Source of the DNA: Eledone cirrhosa
Lineage: Eukaryota
DNA length: 64,000 bases
NCBI GenBank assembly: GCA_964016885.1
Contig: OZ024740.1
Location: 434,434,001-434,498,000 of the forward strand
Direction of reading: 5' to 3'
Shown here: positions 26,915 through 44,194 of the stretch, in pieces
How the letters are laid out: each line of letters begins with the position of its first letter
How positions within the stretch are numbered: position 1 is the stretch's first letter
Program-made: the position numbers and the translations under genes
The notes under the pieces: generated by a model
What the model was told of the DNA's origin: nothing
The model's input: the letters and a program-made list of their open reading frames with translations, nothing else
Databases searched by the model: none

Positions 26915-27150
26915 TACCAGTAATAAAGTACCAGTAATGTACTGGGTAATTGCTGGCCTTGTGCCAAAAGTAGAAACAATTATATTTACAGTTGATGGGT
27001 AGATCATAATTGGTAGATCGTCGGACACCATGCTTCGTGGCACAGATCTACGGACCTTTACGTTCTGAGTTCAAATCCCACCGAGGTTTAGCTTTGCCTT
27101 TCATCCTTACAGCGTCGATAAAATAAAGCACCAGTAATGCACTGGGGTCC
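26915..27150 (+). mobile_element. SINE-2 tail fragment plus a 3'-truncated SINE-2
   Basis: Same B-box and body motifs as 13555-13730. Confidence 0.8.
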
Positions 27151-28219
27151 ATCCATAAAACACTTTTTAGCCGACGAGGGCACATTGTACATAGTTGCTC
27201 AACCTGCGATAAATAGTAGACAAACCTTCCTCAAACCACACCCTACTGACTGAGACGTAACTAAGGAAAATAGTTCCTATGACAAGCAGTGAAATTGTGC
27301 CCCTGCCCAAACATCTGACACCCACCTTTCAGATAACCATCAGCTCAAAAATACCAATCACATTTGTTAATCCAGCCACCATGGTCCTTCACATCCATGA
27401 TAATCAAAGACAGATCATATATCTGAAGTCTCTTTTTCCACTCTTCGACGATGGCTTATCTGACTTTAATAGAAAGTACTTCTAAGTCTAACTGGCGCCC
27501 CCTTCATGTGCCATCCATGTCACATGCTAAGCTTGTCACGCCATAATGTTATATTCGTGACAAATATTAATTGTGTGTAATTATATATATTTATATAACT
27601 ACTTATAAATTAAATTCCTATGCCATCAACATGAACAAACAATAGATAGCTGGTTTTAGCCACAATTTATGAGATACTAACCACATATAAGTAGGGGGAA
27701 ATGGTGGGTCTGTTTGTTTGCTTCCAACATCATAAAAACCCACAATAGGGATAAATGTGGTTATTAGGGAAAACAGAGGGTTAGTTGACATTATTTTTTG
27801 AAATGGTAAAGGGTATACTTCCGCTAATGAAACCGAATCTTCTAGAATCAATTACAGCTGTTTTGTTTCATCAAACGTCCCTAATAGCTTGTCGTAATTA
27901 CCACATTTAATTCTACTGTGATTATTTTTTCTGATGTTGAAAACATTGGAAATGATCAAACCAATCTTTTTAGTGTTAATGTATTTAGTTTAATGTATGC
28001 AGCAACGTTAACTAGAAATATGCTGTGAGCTAGGGTAAGGAAAATATTAGCCAATGACCCACACTGACAGTCTACAAGGTTGGAAGGTCAACACTGATTC
28101 CTCAATAGTGCAAGTTAAACTTTAACAAGTCAAATGTTACTGAACCAGATTTTGGTTTGTTTTTACAATCTGACAAAAATATAGTTTTAGGGATAAATAT
28201 ACAGAATGGTGGGTAGAAT

Positions 28220-28986
28220 ATGTGACGAGAGTGTGACATAATGGTGAGAGCGTGACAATGGTGAGAGTGTGACGAGAGTGACATAATGGTGAGAGTGTGA
28301 TGAGTGTGACATAATGGTGAGAGAGTGACAAGAGTGACATAATGGTGAGTGTGACAAGAGTGTGACAATGGTGAGAGTGTGACGAGTGTGACAATGGTGA
28401 GAGTATGACAAGAGTGACAATGGTGAGTGTGACAAGAGTGACAATGATGAGAGTGTGACATAATGGTGAGAGTGTGACAAGAGTGACAATGGTGAGAGCG
28501 TGACAAGAGTGACAATGGTGAGAGTGTGACGAGAGTGTGACATAATGGTGAGAGTGTGACAAGAGTGACAATGGTGAGAGTGTGACGAGAGCGTGACATA
28601 ATGGTGAGAGTGTGACAATGGTGAGTGTGACAAGCGTGAGACGAGAGTGACAATGGTGAGTGTGACGAGAGTGTGACAATGGTGAGAGTGACGAGAGTGT
28701 GACAATGGTGAGAGTGTGACAATGGTGAGAGTGTGACAATAATGAGAGTGTGACAATAATGAGAGTGTGACAATAATGAGAGTGTGACATAATGGTGAGA
28801 GTGACAATGGTGAGAGTGTGACATAATGATGAGAGTGTGACATAGTGGTGAGAGTGACGAGAGTAACAACGGTGACAGTGTGACAATGGTGAGAGTGTGA
28901 CATAATGGTGAGAGTGACGAGAGTAACAATGGTGACAGTGTGACAAGAGTGTGACATAATGGTGAGAGTGTGACGAGAGTGTGACA
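28220..28986. repeat. Complex minisatellite of GAGAGTGTGAC(ATA)ATGGT / GTGACAAGA modules
   Basis: Seen directly. Confidence 0.95.
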
Positions 28987-29039
28987 GAATACCGATACTA
29001 AGAACCAGATAAATAATGGTTCCTGGTTTAGACACAGCC

Positions 29040-29265
29040 AACCATTTGAAGGGAAAGATAAAGTCAATTAAATCAATCCCCAGTGCATGACTGGTACTTT
29101 ATTTTATCAACTTAATGGTTCCTGATTTACAACAAATTTTGGGGGTGGGGAAAGTTTAAATCGACCCCAGTACATTACTGGTACTTTATTTTATCGAACC
29201 CCGTAAGGATGAAAGGCAAAGCTAACTATGGTGAAATTTGAACTTAGAACGTAAAGGGTTGTGAC
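29040..29265 (-). mobile_element. SINE-2 fragments, tandem partial copies
   Basis: ACTGGTACTTTATTTTATC occurs twice; B-box-like site near 29236. Confidence 0.75.
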
Positions 29266-29699
29266 AATGTTATGCAGCATTTCATCTATTCAAGGCCGAT
29301 AAAGAAATACCAGTCTAGTACTGGGGTACATTCTTCCTCTATATTTCTTTCCCACCTCCATTCCCTCTCTCTATTCTTCTCTGGAAGAAATCTACTGTAT
29401 TCAGACCTGGAGAGGAGATGGTCTCCGCCAGGTTTTAAAAATGACCTAGAAGTGCTGTCAGTCAATATGGCGCCCCTACGACTCCCTTCAGGAATTGAGG
29501 GTCCATATATATATGGGACACTTAGATCTGTCTAGGCCTTAGTATTTTATCCATACCATCTTTAGGCATTTTTTTTTTTACTATATTTTCCTTTGGACCT
29601 ACTAATTAGGAATTTTAAATTTACCAACAAAGTATATCTTACAATTTAAGTATTCTATATACATGTACAAAATACTAGCAGTTTCTCAATTGTTATTGG

Positions 29700-29943
29700 A
29701 ATATATAAAGTTATGTTGGTACCACAGTCCACACAGTAAAGTGGTCGTGTAGGAGACACGGTAAAAAAGCTCCCAGTCCACACTGTAAATGTGGTTGGTG
29801 TTAGGAAGGGCATCCAGCCGTAGAAAACCTCCCAGATACAGTTCTATACAAGCGAGACACGGTCACCCAACCAATCTTGCCTGAAGTGGGACAAACCCAT
29901 CTAACCCATGCTAGCATAGAAGATGTACATTAACCGATGATGA
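29700..29943 (+). mobile_element. Diverged solo RTE-B 3' UTR module
   Basis: AAAGTTATGTTGGT...GGTTGGTGTTAGGAAGGGCATCCAG...CCCATGCTAGC + (GAT)n. Confidence 0.8.
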
Positions 29944-30316
29944 TTTCTCTATAAATCGTGTGCGTCTGTTCATTCACATACAGAGCTGACTGCTAGAGCA
30001 CACCCAAAGGTAACAGATAGTGTAGTGACCCTTAGATATAGGAACCAGTTGTGAAATATGTAAGTTCACCCAACGAATGGAAGAGCAGAGGACAGCCAAG
30101 AATCCAGTAGATTAGTTGAGGGGAGGGTGGGCTGCTGCTTTCCTAAAATGTTGCAATGCTCTATAGCATGGGGGCTCGTGATAAGACAAGTACAGACCAC
30201 TTTCTAAATGTCTCGTGTAGAACAAGGACACAGGATTCCAGCAGCAGCATCTGTTCTTTTATAAACTATCTATGGTGCATGTAAGCAATTAATTAGGAAT
30301 TAGGTTACTTATATAT

Positions 30317-30500
30317 AATTGTTTCTACTATTGGCACAAGGCCAGCAATTACCAGTACATTACTGGTACTTTATTTTATCGACCCCGTAAGGATGAAAGG
30401 CAAAGTTAACCTCGATGGGATTTGAACTCAGAATGGCAAGGGCAGTAACTATGCGTCAAAGCATGGCGTCTGACGCCTCTACAGATACTGCCAATTCACT
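30317..30500 (-). mobile_element. SINE family 2
   Basis: Colinear with 13555-13730. Confidence 0.85.
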
Positions 30501-30569
30501 TATGTATAATAACAGATGAAGAACATCTCTCGCTAAAACAATGGAAATAAAGGACATAAGTACTGAGAA

Positions 30570-30995
30570 AGCCTAAGTTAGTAACGAGTGATCTCCAGCC
30601 TCTTCAGAATAGAAGGTACATAATTGAACTGAAGTATACAACTTTGTGAGGCAGCAACTTAAGAGGCCGGCAGACAGGAACCACTCCTTGTGATGGTGAA
30701 AAGACGGAAGTTTACCTGGAAAGGTCGTATATCCCACCACAACTCCTTGTCTAAAACCATCCTTCATGGCAGTCGAGAGAGGGTGGAGGAGAAGCAGGGG
30801 AGGGTCAAGAAGTGTCAAGTACAGTTGACAACTCTGGACATATTCTAACCCTATTATAGAGTTGGGGGAGGGTGAAGGAGAGGCAGAGAAAGAAAATCCT
30901 GGTCTGACAACATCAAAGACTGGTCCCAACACTGAGACCTTTCTACGTATGACAGAAAATAGAGATCTCTGGTGACAGTTGACTACAAATGTGTC
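30570..30995 (+). pseudogene. Two decayed RTE-type C-terminal fragments
   Basis: EPLLVMVKRRKFTWKGRISHHNSLSKTILHG, then RRGR..KSWSDNIKDW..LRMTENRDLW across frameshifts. Confidence 0.6.
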
Positions 30996-32101
30996 TAGGG
31001 TGGCACCCCAACAACTGGCTGTACAAGTGGCACCCCAACAACTGGCTGTACCAGTGGCACATCTAGGGTGGCACCCCCAACAACTGGCTGAACCAGTGAC
31101 ACCCCAACAACTGGCTGTACAAGTGGCACATCTAGAATGGCACCCCAACAACTGACTGTACCAGTGGCACATCTAGAGTGGCACCCCAACAACTGGCTGT
31201 ACCAGTGGCACCCCAACAACTGGCTGTACCAGTGGCACATCTAGAGTGGCATACCAACAACTGGCTGTACCAGTGGCACATCTAGAGTGACACCCCAACA
31301 ACTAGCTGTACCAGTGGCACCCAAACCTGTAGCTGTACCAGTGGCACCCCAACTACTAGCTGCACCAGTGGCACCCCAACAACTAGCTGCACCAGTGGCA
31401 CCCCAACTACTAGCTGCACCAGTGGCACCCCAACTACTAGCTGCACCAGTGGCACCCCAACTACTAGCTGCACCAGTGGCACCCCAACTACTAGCTGCAC
31501 CAGTGGCACCCCAACAACTAGCTGCACCAGTGGCACCCCAACTACTAGCTGCACCAGTGGCACCCCAACTACTAGCAGCACCAGTGGCACCCCAACTACT
31601 AGCTGCACCAGTGGCACCCCAACTACTAGCTGCACCAGTGGCACCCCAACTACTAGCTGCACCAGTGGCACCCAAACCTGTAGCTGCACCAGTGGCACCC
31701 CAACTACTAGCTGCACCAGTGGCACCCCAACTACTAGCTGCACCAGTGGCACCCCAACTACTAGCTGCACCAGTGGCACCCCAACTACTAGCTGCACCAG
31801 TGGCACCCCAACTACTAGCAGCACCAGTGGCACCCCAACTACTAGCTGCACCAGTGGCACCCCAACTACTAGCTGCACCAGTGGCACCCCAACTACTAGC
31901 TGCACCAGTGGCACCCCAACTACTAGCTGCACCAGTGGCACCCCAACTACTAGCTGCACCAGTGGCACCCCAACTACTAGCTGCACCAGTGGCACCCCAA
32001 CTACTAGCTGTACCAGTGGCACCCCAATGACTGGCTGTACCAGTGGCACCCCAATGACTGGCTGTACCAGTGGCACATCTAGAGTGGCGGCACCAGTGGC
32101 A
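30995..32101. repeat. 27-bp minisatellite CCAGTGGCACCCCAACTACTAGCTGCA with longer edge variants
   Basis: Seen directly; 9-aa periodic ORFs on both strands. Confidence 0.95.
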
Positions 32102-32144
32102 CATACATGGTGATAGTGATGATACATCTCACGGTTGAAAATTA

Positions 32145-32338
32145 TACGAGGATCGGCTGAAAAGTTCATAAACAGACTATAAAGCAGTGATGCTAGAGCT
32201 GTGAAATCTTGCATGTCATTAATTTCAACTCTTAATAACTACATTATTTCTTTCCAGGGACTATGTTGAAAAATAAACATTTGGTCATTCCATGAGAGTA
32301 TCTTGATCAGCCTACGAACTATTCAGCCAACCCTCATA
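32145..32338. mobile_element. Mariner-type MITE
   Basis: Imperfect TIRs TACGAGGATCGGCTGAAAAGTTCATA and (rc) TATGAGGGTTGGCTGAATAGTTCGTA, with TA ends. Confidence 0.8.
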
Positions 32339-32813
32339 GCTGAAAACAGAACACTTTAAGGGTGGAGGACTTCTTCCAACTCTTTGTAGCTTTTAACAGA
32401 CATTTTACTACATTAACAAAATTATACAAAGACAGACAAAAGTCCTTTCTGTAAAATAAAACAGAATTTGTAAATAATAATTAGTCACTAAATAATAGTC
32501 ACGTATTTCTATTTATTCGGGGGCAGTTAATTTCCTTAACATTAAAGGAGAAAGGAGTATTTAAAAACTAGAAATATTCTGGGAGAATGTTTATGCTTCA
32601 GTGCAACAAGGTCGCTAAACAAACATACTTGTGATCTTAGTTTATAGCTTATGTCTTTGCTGAATTGGTTGGTTTTATGTCTACATGTCTGGATGAGTGT
32701 GTGTGCGTGAGTGTGTGTAAGTGTATATGGTTCCGGAGTCGAGTCGTTAGAGGGGGGGGGGGTAACCACATAGAGAAGGTACTCAATACATATGAAAAGC
32801 CTTCTACAAGACT

Positions 32814-32997
<184 letters not shown>

Positions 32998-33734
32998 GTC
33001 CTACTAAAATTATATGTGTATTAAATTTCGAGATATGAATTAAATATGTTTAGCATCCATTAAAACAACAAAAACTGCCGACATAACTGATATTTTAGTA
33101 TGTTATATGAATATAAGTGGTATTATCCTCAACCATTTAGTCTCTAAATATCTCACAATATTGTCAGAATGTCTCTGACGTCCCATATAACAGATCAACT
33201 TTTTACCAGGAAATTACAACTTAATCCCCTCAGAGACGGGGGTGGCAAATATAACGTGTAAGCATTTCTATAATATGAATAAATAAACTTTGATTAAAGT
33301 TCAAACTAAGTCAGTAGGATATTTGGCACCGATCAGTTATATACTAATAAAAATGTAATGTAGAAAATGTAGAGTGTAATATATAAATGTGTAGCCCTGT
33401 AACTCCTGATGGGGTGTTAGAGGTGCCGTAGTGGCATACATGTCTTGGGGAGTTTTAAACCTTGTGGAGTCCATCTCCTTTCCAGCTCTGAATACAGAGA
33501 TTTCTTCCGGGAAATGATAGAAAGTAATGAAGATATATAGAGGAAGAATAGACCCCAGTACTAGACTGGTACTTTTTATATCGACCCTTGAATGGGTGAA
33601 AGCCAAAAGTGACCACATTTATAAATAATGTTATCTAAATAAAGGGGGGGGGGGGCATCCCAAGTTGAACTGACGGCAGACAATCGACAGAGACCTGAAA
33701 CACGTTAACAAAAGTTGGGACAATGATATTGAGA

Positions 33735-34018
33735 GATGTAACTGACCGTGGTCATCGGAACACTTTGGCTGCCTCATGTGTCTTAAGACATGGGATACAT
33801 TGATAGATGTAACTGACCATGGTCATTGGAGTACTTTGGCTGCCTTGTGTGTCTCAAGACATGGGATACATTGATAGATGTAACTGACCGTGGTCATTGG
33901 AGTACTTTGGCTGCCTTGTGTGTCTCAAGACATGGGATGTATTGATAGATGTAACTGACCGTGGTCATTGGAGTACTTTGGCTGCCTTGTGTGTCTCAAG
34001 ACATGGGATGTATTGATG
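33735..34018. repeat. 71-bp tandem repeat x4
   Basis: Unit GATGTAACTGACCGTGGTCATTGGAGTACTTTGGCTGCC...GATA. Confidence 0.93.
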
Positions 34019-34104
34019 GATAAAACTGACCCCTCTAAGTTTTTTTAAAACTACATGTGAACGACAAAAGATTTACATCTTAAGAAAGTATGGCTGCGCA
34101 TTAT

Positions 34105-34400
34105 TTAGTTCAATCCCGCCGAGGTTAACTTTGCCTTTCATCCTTACGGGGTCGATAAAATAAAGTACCAGTAATGTACTGGGTAATTTTCTGGCCTTGT
34201 GCCAATAGTAGAAACAATTATTTAGTTCATTGCATATGCTTTGCGGTTTAGAGTTATGGCCCTTTACGAGGTTAGCTTTGCCTTTCATCCTTACGGGGTC
34301 GATAAAATAAAGTACCAGTAATACACTGGTGTCAATTTAATCGACCTTCTCCTCCTCCGCCAACATTGCTGGCCATGTGCCTAAAGTAGAAACAATTCTA
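34105..34400 (+). mobile_element. Two 5'-truncated SINE-2 copies
   Basis: TTTGCCTTTCATCCTTACGGGGTCGATAAAATAAAGTACCAG occurs twice. Confidence 0.85.
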
Positions 34401-34639
34401 TATTTATAGATTTAATGAATACTTTTAGTTTGAGAAGAAAACTACACTTCATTCCTCATTAACACCTAATTTGGCTGGCAAAATAAACAAGATACGCATT
34501 AGTGGCTAAAGCAGAAGAGAGAGAGAGAGAGGGAGAGAGTGAGAGAGAGAGAGGGGGTTGAAGGTAGAGTCACTGACTCTTCTTTCTCAGAAATCAGTTG
34601 AAAGTGAAACTAGTTTTCACTTACTTTGTTTACAGAAAC

Positions 34640-34724
34640 GATGTGTGTATGTATGCACACACACATACATATATACACACACATACATACATATATATAT
34701 ACACATACATACATATATATATAC

Positions 34725-34785
<61 letters not shown>

Positions 34786-35136
34786 TACATACATATATAT
34801 ATATATATACACACACATACATACATATATATATATATATACACACACACATACATACATATATATATACACACACACATACATACATATATATATATAC
34901 ACACACATACATACATATATATATATACACACACACATACATACATATATATATACACACACATACATACATATATATATATACACACACATACATACAT
35001 ATATATATATACACACACATACATACATATATATACACACACATACATACATATATATATACACACATACATACATATATATACACACACATACATACAT
35101 ATATATACACACACATACATACATATATATACACAC

Positions 35137-35199
<63 letters not shown>

Positions 35200-35410
35200 C
35201 ACACACATACATATATATATATATACACACATACATATATATATACACACACACATACATATATATATACACACACACACACATACATATCATCATCATC
35301 ATCATCATCATCATCGTTTAACGTCCGTGTTCCACGCTTGCATGGGTTTGGACGGGGGTTTTCCCACTTGAGGCAAGAGTGGTTGTCTTGCTCGCATAGG
35401 ACTGTCTGGT
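34640..35410 (-). mobile_element. Microsatellite (34640-35290) abutting an RTE-B tail fragment (35290-35410)
   Basis: (CAT)n followed by CGTTTAACGTCCGTGTTCCACGCTTGCATGG. Confidence 0.85.
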
Positions 35411-35413
35411 GTG

Positions 35414-35447
<34 letters not shown>

Positions 35448-35609
35448 TATATATACATACATATATATATATATACATACATATATATATACACATATAT
35501 ATACACACATATATACACACATATATACACATATATATACACATATATATACACATATATATACACACATATATATACACACATATATATACACATATAT
35601 ATATATACC

Positions 35610-36275
35610 CCCCACACGCTTACACCTCTCCAAGACAATGTCACTGGACCGAGACCTTTGGCGGTACTCAGTAATAGAGAAGACCCGCCTTAACTAAATA
35701 CAAAGTAAAACCTACTCCAGCCAGTAGGCATCTCTATCAAAACACCCCCCCCCCGTCCCACCACCCCATCCACACCGCCCCTTTCAATGTAAAGTTATGT
35801 TGGTGCCACAACATCCAGGCCGAAACAAATGAGATCGTGTAGGTGTCACGACAAAAAACACACAGTCCACGCTGTAATGTGGCCGTGTAGGCAACACGGT
35901 AAAAACCTCCCAGTCCCACAGTGTAAATGTGGTTGGTGTTAGGAAGGGCATCCAGCTGTAGAAAACCCGCCAGACAGTCCATGCTGTAAATGTGGCCGTG
36001 TAGGCAACACGGTAAAAACCTCCCAGCCCCACACTGTAAATATGGTTGGTGTTAGGAAGGGCATCCAGCTGTAGAAAATCCGCCAGACAGTCCACGTTGT
36101 AATGTGGCCGTGTAGGCAACACGGTAAAAACCTCCCAGCCCAACACTGTAAATGTGGTTGGTGTTAGGAAGGGCATCCAGCTGTAGAAAACCCGCCAGAC
36201 AGTCCTATGCGAGCAAGACAACCACTCCTGCCTCAAGTGGGAAAACCCCCGTCCAAACCCATGCAAGCGTGGAAC
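35610..36275 (+). mobile_element. RTE-B 3' end with a triplicated ~112-bp UTR module
   Basis: [25 protein letters not shown]; modules start near 35872, 35983 and 36096. Confidence 0.88.
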
Positions 36276-40968
<4,693 letters not shown>

Positions 40969-41056
40969 ATAACTTTGAATAACTTTGAAATGTTTTGGCC
41001 AGTATTGGCCCAGGCCATGTCTAACTTAATAGCACCACCTGGCGAAGTCTTTCAAT

Positions 41057-44000
41057 TCAGGATTTGGGCACCATGGCCCATTCGAGAAGAGAATTACTGT
41101 TTGCGGAGACATATCCGGGTGTGGGTGGTTTGTCCGGGATTACTTGGAGGAATTTGTCCAAAGACTTCTTGAATTTTGTGTGGTCAGTTTCTGTTTTGAC
41201 GTGTCCTGGTGTGATGTTGAAGAGAGCAGGGCCGATTGAGGTGAAATAATTGTGCCGTATTGTTGTTATGAGTTGCGATTTAGATTTTTGAATGGGACGG
41301 ATAGCACGGGGCCCAAGCCTTGGGTGTATCTTGAAGGCGATGCCAACATCATTTGGGCAGTGATGATGGAACATTTTCCACATCATGCAGATAATATAAC
41401 GCTCACGGCGACGTTGGAGTGAGTAAAGTTTCAGGTTTTCCAATCGACCCCAGTAGTCAAGGTCTGACATGCCATCTATCTTTTTCGTGATTGCCCTTTG
41501 AGGAGCTTCAAGTTTCATGATACTTTGTTTCGTGTGGGGAGACCACAGTGGACAACAGTATTCAAGGTGTGGTCGGGCGAAAGTAGAGAAGAGAAGGATA
41601 ATGGTGCGGGAATCTCTCGACTGGAAGGTTCTGAGGATCCAGGAACACATTCTGCGGGCCATGTCAACTTTGCTGCTTATATGCGTGGTCCAGCTTATGT
41701 TGCTGTCCACGGTTACTCCCAAGTCTCTGATGTTGTTAGATGCCACGAGAGTTTCCCCGGAGGGAAGGGAGTACGGGAGTTTCAGAGCATCCTCTTTTCC
41801 AAAGTGGATCAGTTCGAATTTGTCTTCGTTCAGTAACATGTTGTTCTTTTCTGCCCATTGGGTAACAGCCAGTAGGTCTGACTGAAGGCTTATCCGGTCA
41901 TCCACGCCATTGATGACCTTTTGGAGCTTGGAATCATCAGCGAAAATTTTAATGTTGCTGTGTTTGATGATGTCAGTGATGTCATTAATATAGATGATGA
42001 AGAGAAGTGGGCCCAACACAGTGCCTTGTGGGACTCCACTACTGACTTTGGCTGGGCTTGATTTGACTCCCTCAACTACAACATGTTGGGTTCTGTTTGA
42101 CAGGAAGCTCTTGATCCACTGCAGCAGCTTTCCAGTGACACCAATATTGGACAGCTTTCTCAGTAGAATGTTATGATCAACCCTGTCAAAGGCCTTGCTG
42201 AAATCAAGGTAGATAACATCAGTGTTGGAACCCTCTCCCAAGGCTCTCAAAATGTCATCAAAGTGATGCAGTAGTTGCGTCAGGCAATCCCTTCCATTAC
42301 GGAATCCATGCTGGTTGGAGTTCAGCATATTGTTACTCTCAAGGAAGTGGGTCATTCGCGATCTCACCACTCGCTCAAATACCTTAATGATATGAGAGGT
42401 GAGTGAGATTGGACGGTAATTCACGGCAAGGGATTTGTTTCCCTTTTTGAAAACTGGGACAACAGACTGGGATAGAAGGTTTTCTGGCACATATCCAGCA
42501 TCCAGTGAGTTCCGCCACAGATTGGCAAGAGGAGAAGCAAGTTGGTGTTGACACGCCTTCAAGACACAAGCAGGGAACCTATCGGGACCTACTGCTGAAT
42601 TATGCTTGATTTTCTTTATTGCCGCCAAGACATCAGGGGCGCCAAACGTTATGTCCGATAAGGTGTAATGGGGAGTAACATCGCCGATACAGCCCAGATC
42701 GGCCATATCAGGATTGCTGAAAACAGAGCAGTATTGTTTCTGCAGTATCTCACCCATGGTTTTAGCATTGTCTTGAAGAGTGCCATTTTCATCAATTAGA
42801 GGGCCAACAGTAGAGCCAGTGATTTTGTGTTTTTTTGCAAATGAAAAGAACACTTTGGGATTGAGTTTGATCTTCTCAATGGCCCAGGCCTCTTCAGCTC
42901 TTCTCTGATTGTTGATGAGGGACATTATGTTGTTTTGGAGGTTATGTTTTTTAATCTCTAGTGATGAAATGGCAGTCAAGTTGATGTGTTGCTGCTGACA
43001 GTATTTCAGATTGTTGATTTTTTTGTTCGTTCTCTTAATTTTTCTGATGAGCGTTTTTCTATTTCTAGGGATTCTGCTCTTAGATTTGTTTATAGTTCTT
43101 AATGGGGTGTGTTTAGCACATATGTTTGTAACAGTGTCCACAAATGTCTGCCAGGACTTTTTGATGTTAGTGGGTGTATGAGTGTGCGTGAAGGACCAGT
43201 CGACATGTGCAAGATCATGACTGATCGCTTCCCAGTTTGCATTGTGGAAATCCATAGCGTCAAACGGATGGGCAGGAGAAATGACATTGGGTTTGTATAT
43301 TGGACGGTGGAATCTCAGATCACAGAGAACCATGTCATGATCAGAGAGTAGAGTTTTCTCCACTGCAATATTGTGGATATTGTCAGTGTGATTGCTGAAA
43401 ATTAAGTCTAGGACGTTTTTGTGGCACCTCGTTGGTTCGAGCACTAGTTGGGATAGGAAGAAATCATCCATGAAGTCAAGAAGCGATTCCACAGCTTCCC
43501 TGTCAGAGGTTGAGGCAGAAGAACCTGGTGGCAGCGTGTTTGTGGACCAGTCAACTCCGGGGAGGTTGAAGTCCCCCATCATTAAGATGTTGTCAGGGTG
43601 ACACTCTTGGATGAAACACTTTATGCTGTTGAGGCATTCCTTGAAGCATGGTACAGGCGTTTGGGGTGGCCTATAGAGCCCAACTACTAATAGGTTGTTG
43701 GTTTGACTGAATACAGTGACTGCTTCACAGTATCCATTAGTGAATATGTTCATAGCCTCTGTTGAGAAAGAATTATGGACATAAATGGCAGTTCCGCCCT
43801 TTCTTCTGCCAGCGCGATCAGCACGGATGGCTTTGAAATTTTTCACTTTCACCTCGGCTTCCAAGTGGAGGTTACTGAGATGGGTTTCAGTGAGGACGAA
43901 GAAAGGGATGTGGTTTGGATGGACATCAATCCAGTCCTCCAGGAATTTGATCTTCCATTTTTGAGTATTGGTGGAAGGGCTGATGCCTTGGGCGTTAAGC

Positions 44001-44194
44001 AAAAATGTAGAGGCGAGAGTGGATGGTTTTAATTGTTTTGGTGTGTTGTTAATTTGTTTGTTTGTTAATGGCAGCAATGGGAGTTTGTGCAGTGGGGTGA
44101 TAGTGGAGGGTGGTGCTGGGTGATAGCTCGAATGTTTTTTTCCAGTTCTTTTGCCAGATTCATTATGGCTAAAAAAGAGGAAGAAGTTTCCTGT
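41057..44194 (-). CDS. CR1-group ORF2 (APE + RT); frame open from 44194, no AUG before the APE domain
   Basis: LNAQG, LTETHL, DR..RKGG, GLYRPP, MGDFNLP, LDLIF, SDHDMV; [63 protein letters not shown]. Confidence 0.95.
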   Translation of the reverse strand, partial: TGNFFLFFSHNESGKRTGKKHSSYHPAPPSTITPLHKLPLLPLTNKQINNTPKQLKPSTLASTFLLNAQGISPSTNTQKWKIKFLEDWIDVHPNHIPFFVLTETHLSNLHLEAEVKVKNFKAIRADRAGRRKGGTAIYVHNSFSTEAMNIFTNGYCEAVTVFSQTNNLLVVGLYRPPQTPVPCFKECLNSIKCFIQECHPDNILMMGDFNLPGVDWSTNTLPPGSSASTSDREAVESLLDFMDDFFLSQLVLEPTRCHKNVLDLIFSNHTDNIHNIAVEKTLLSDHDMVLCDLRFHRPIYKPNVISPAHPFDAMDFHNANWEAISHDLAHVDWSFTHTHTPTNIKKSWQTFVDTVTNICAKHTPLRTINKSKSRIPRNRKTLIRKIKRTNKKINNLKYCQQQHINLTAISSLEIKKHNLQNNIMSLINNQRRAEEAWAIEKIKLNPKVFFSFAKKHKITGSTVGPLIDENGTLQDNAKTMGEILQKQYCSVFSNPDMADLGCIGDVTPHYTLSDITFGAPDVLAAIKKIKHNSAVGPDRFPACVLKACQHQLASPLANLWRNSLDAGYVPENLLSQSVVPVFKKGNKSLAVNYRPISLTSHIIKVFERVVRSRMTHFLESNNMLNSNQHGFRNGRDCLTQLLHHFDDILRALGEGSNTDVIYLDFSKAFDRVDHNILLRKLSNIGVTGKLLQWIKSFLSNRTQHVVVEGVKSSPAKVSSGVPQGTVLGPLLFIIYINDITDIIKHSNIKIFADDSKLQKVINGVDDRISLQSDLLAVTQWAEKNNMLLNEDKFELIHFGKEDALKLPYSLPSGETLVASNNIRDLGVTVDSNISWTTHISSKVDMARRMCSWILRTFQSRDSRTIILLFSTFARPHLEYCCPLWSPHTKQSIMKLEAPQRAITKKIDGMSDLDYWGRLENLKLYSLQRRRERYIICMMWKMFHHHCPNDVGIAFKIHPRLGPRAIRPIQKSKSQLITTIRHNYFTSIGPALFNITPGHVKTETDHTKFKKSLDKFLQVIPDKPPTPGYVSANSNSLLEWAMVPKS

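Noticed and set aside
27240-28100. Non-repetitive stretch (also 59780-60260) as possible host exons
   Set aside because: Short ORFs with no recognisable motif or convincing splice-site pair.
28102-29067. His/Cys-rich ORFs resembling metal-binding proteins
   Set aside because: Three frames of one low-complexity minisatellite.
31241-32214. AAPVAPQLL / GATGAASSW repeat proteins
   Set aside because: Translations of a 27-bp VNTR, open on both strands, with no gene context.
33735-34018. CRISPR-like reading of the 36-, 60- and 71-bp arrays
   Set aside because: Head-to-tail units without unique spacers, no cas genes, eukaryotic context.
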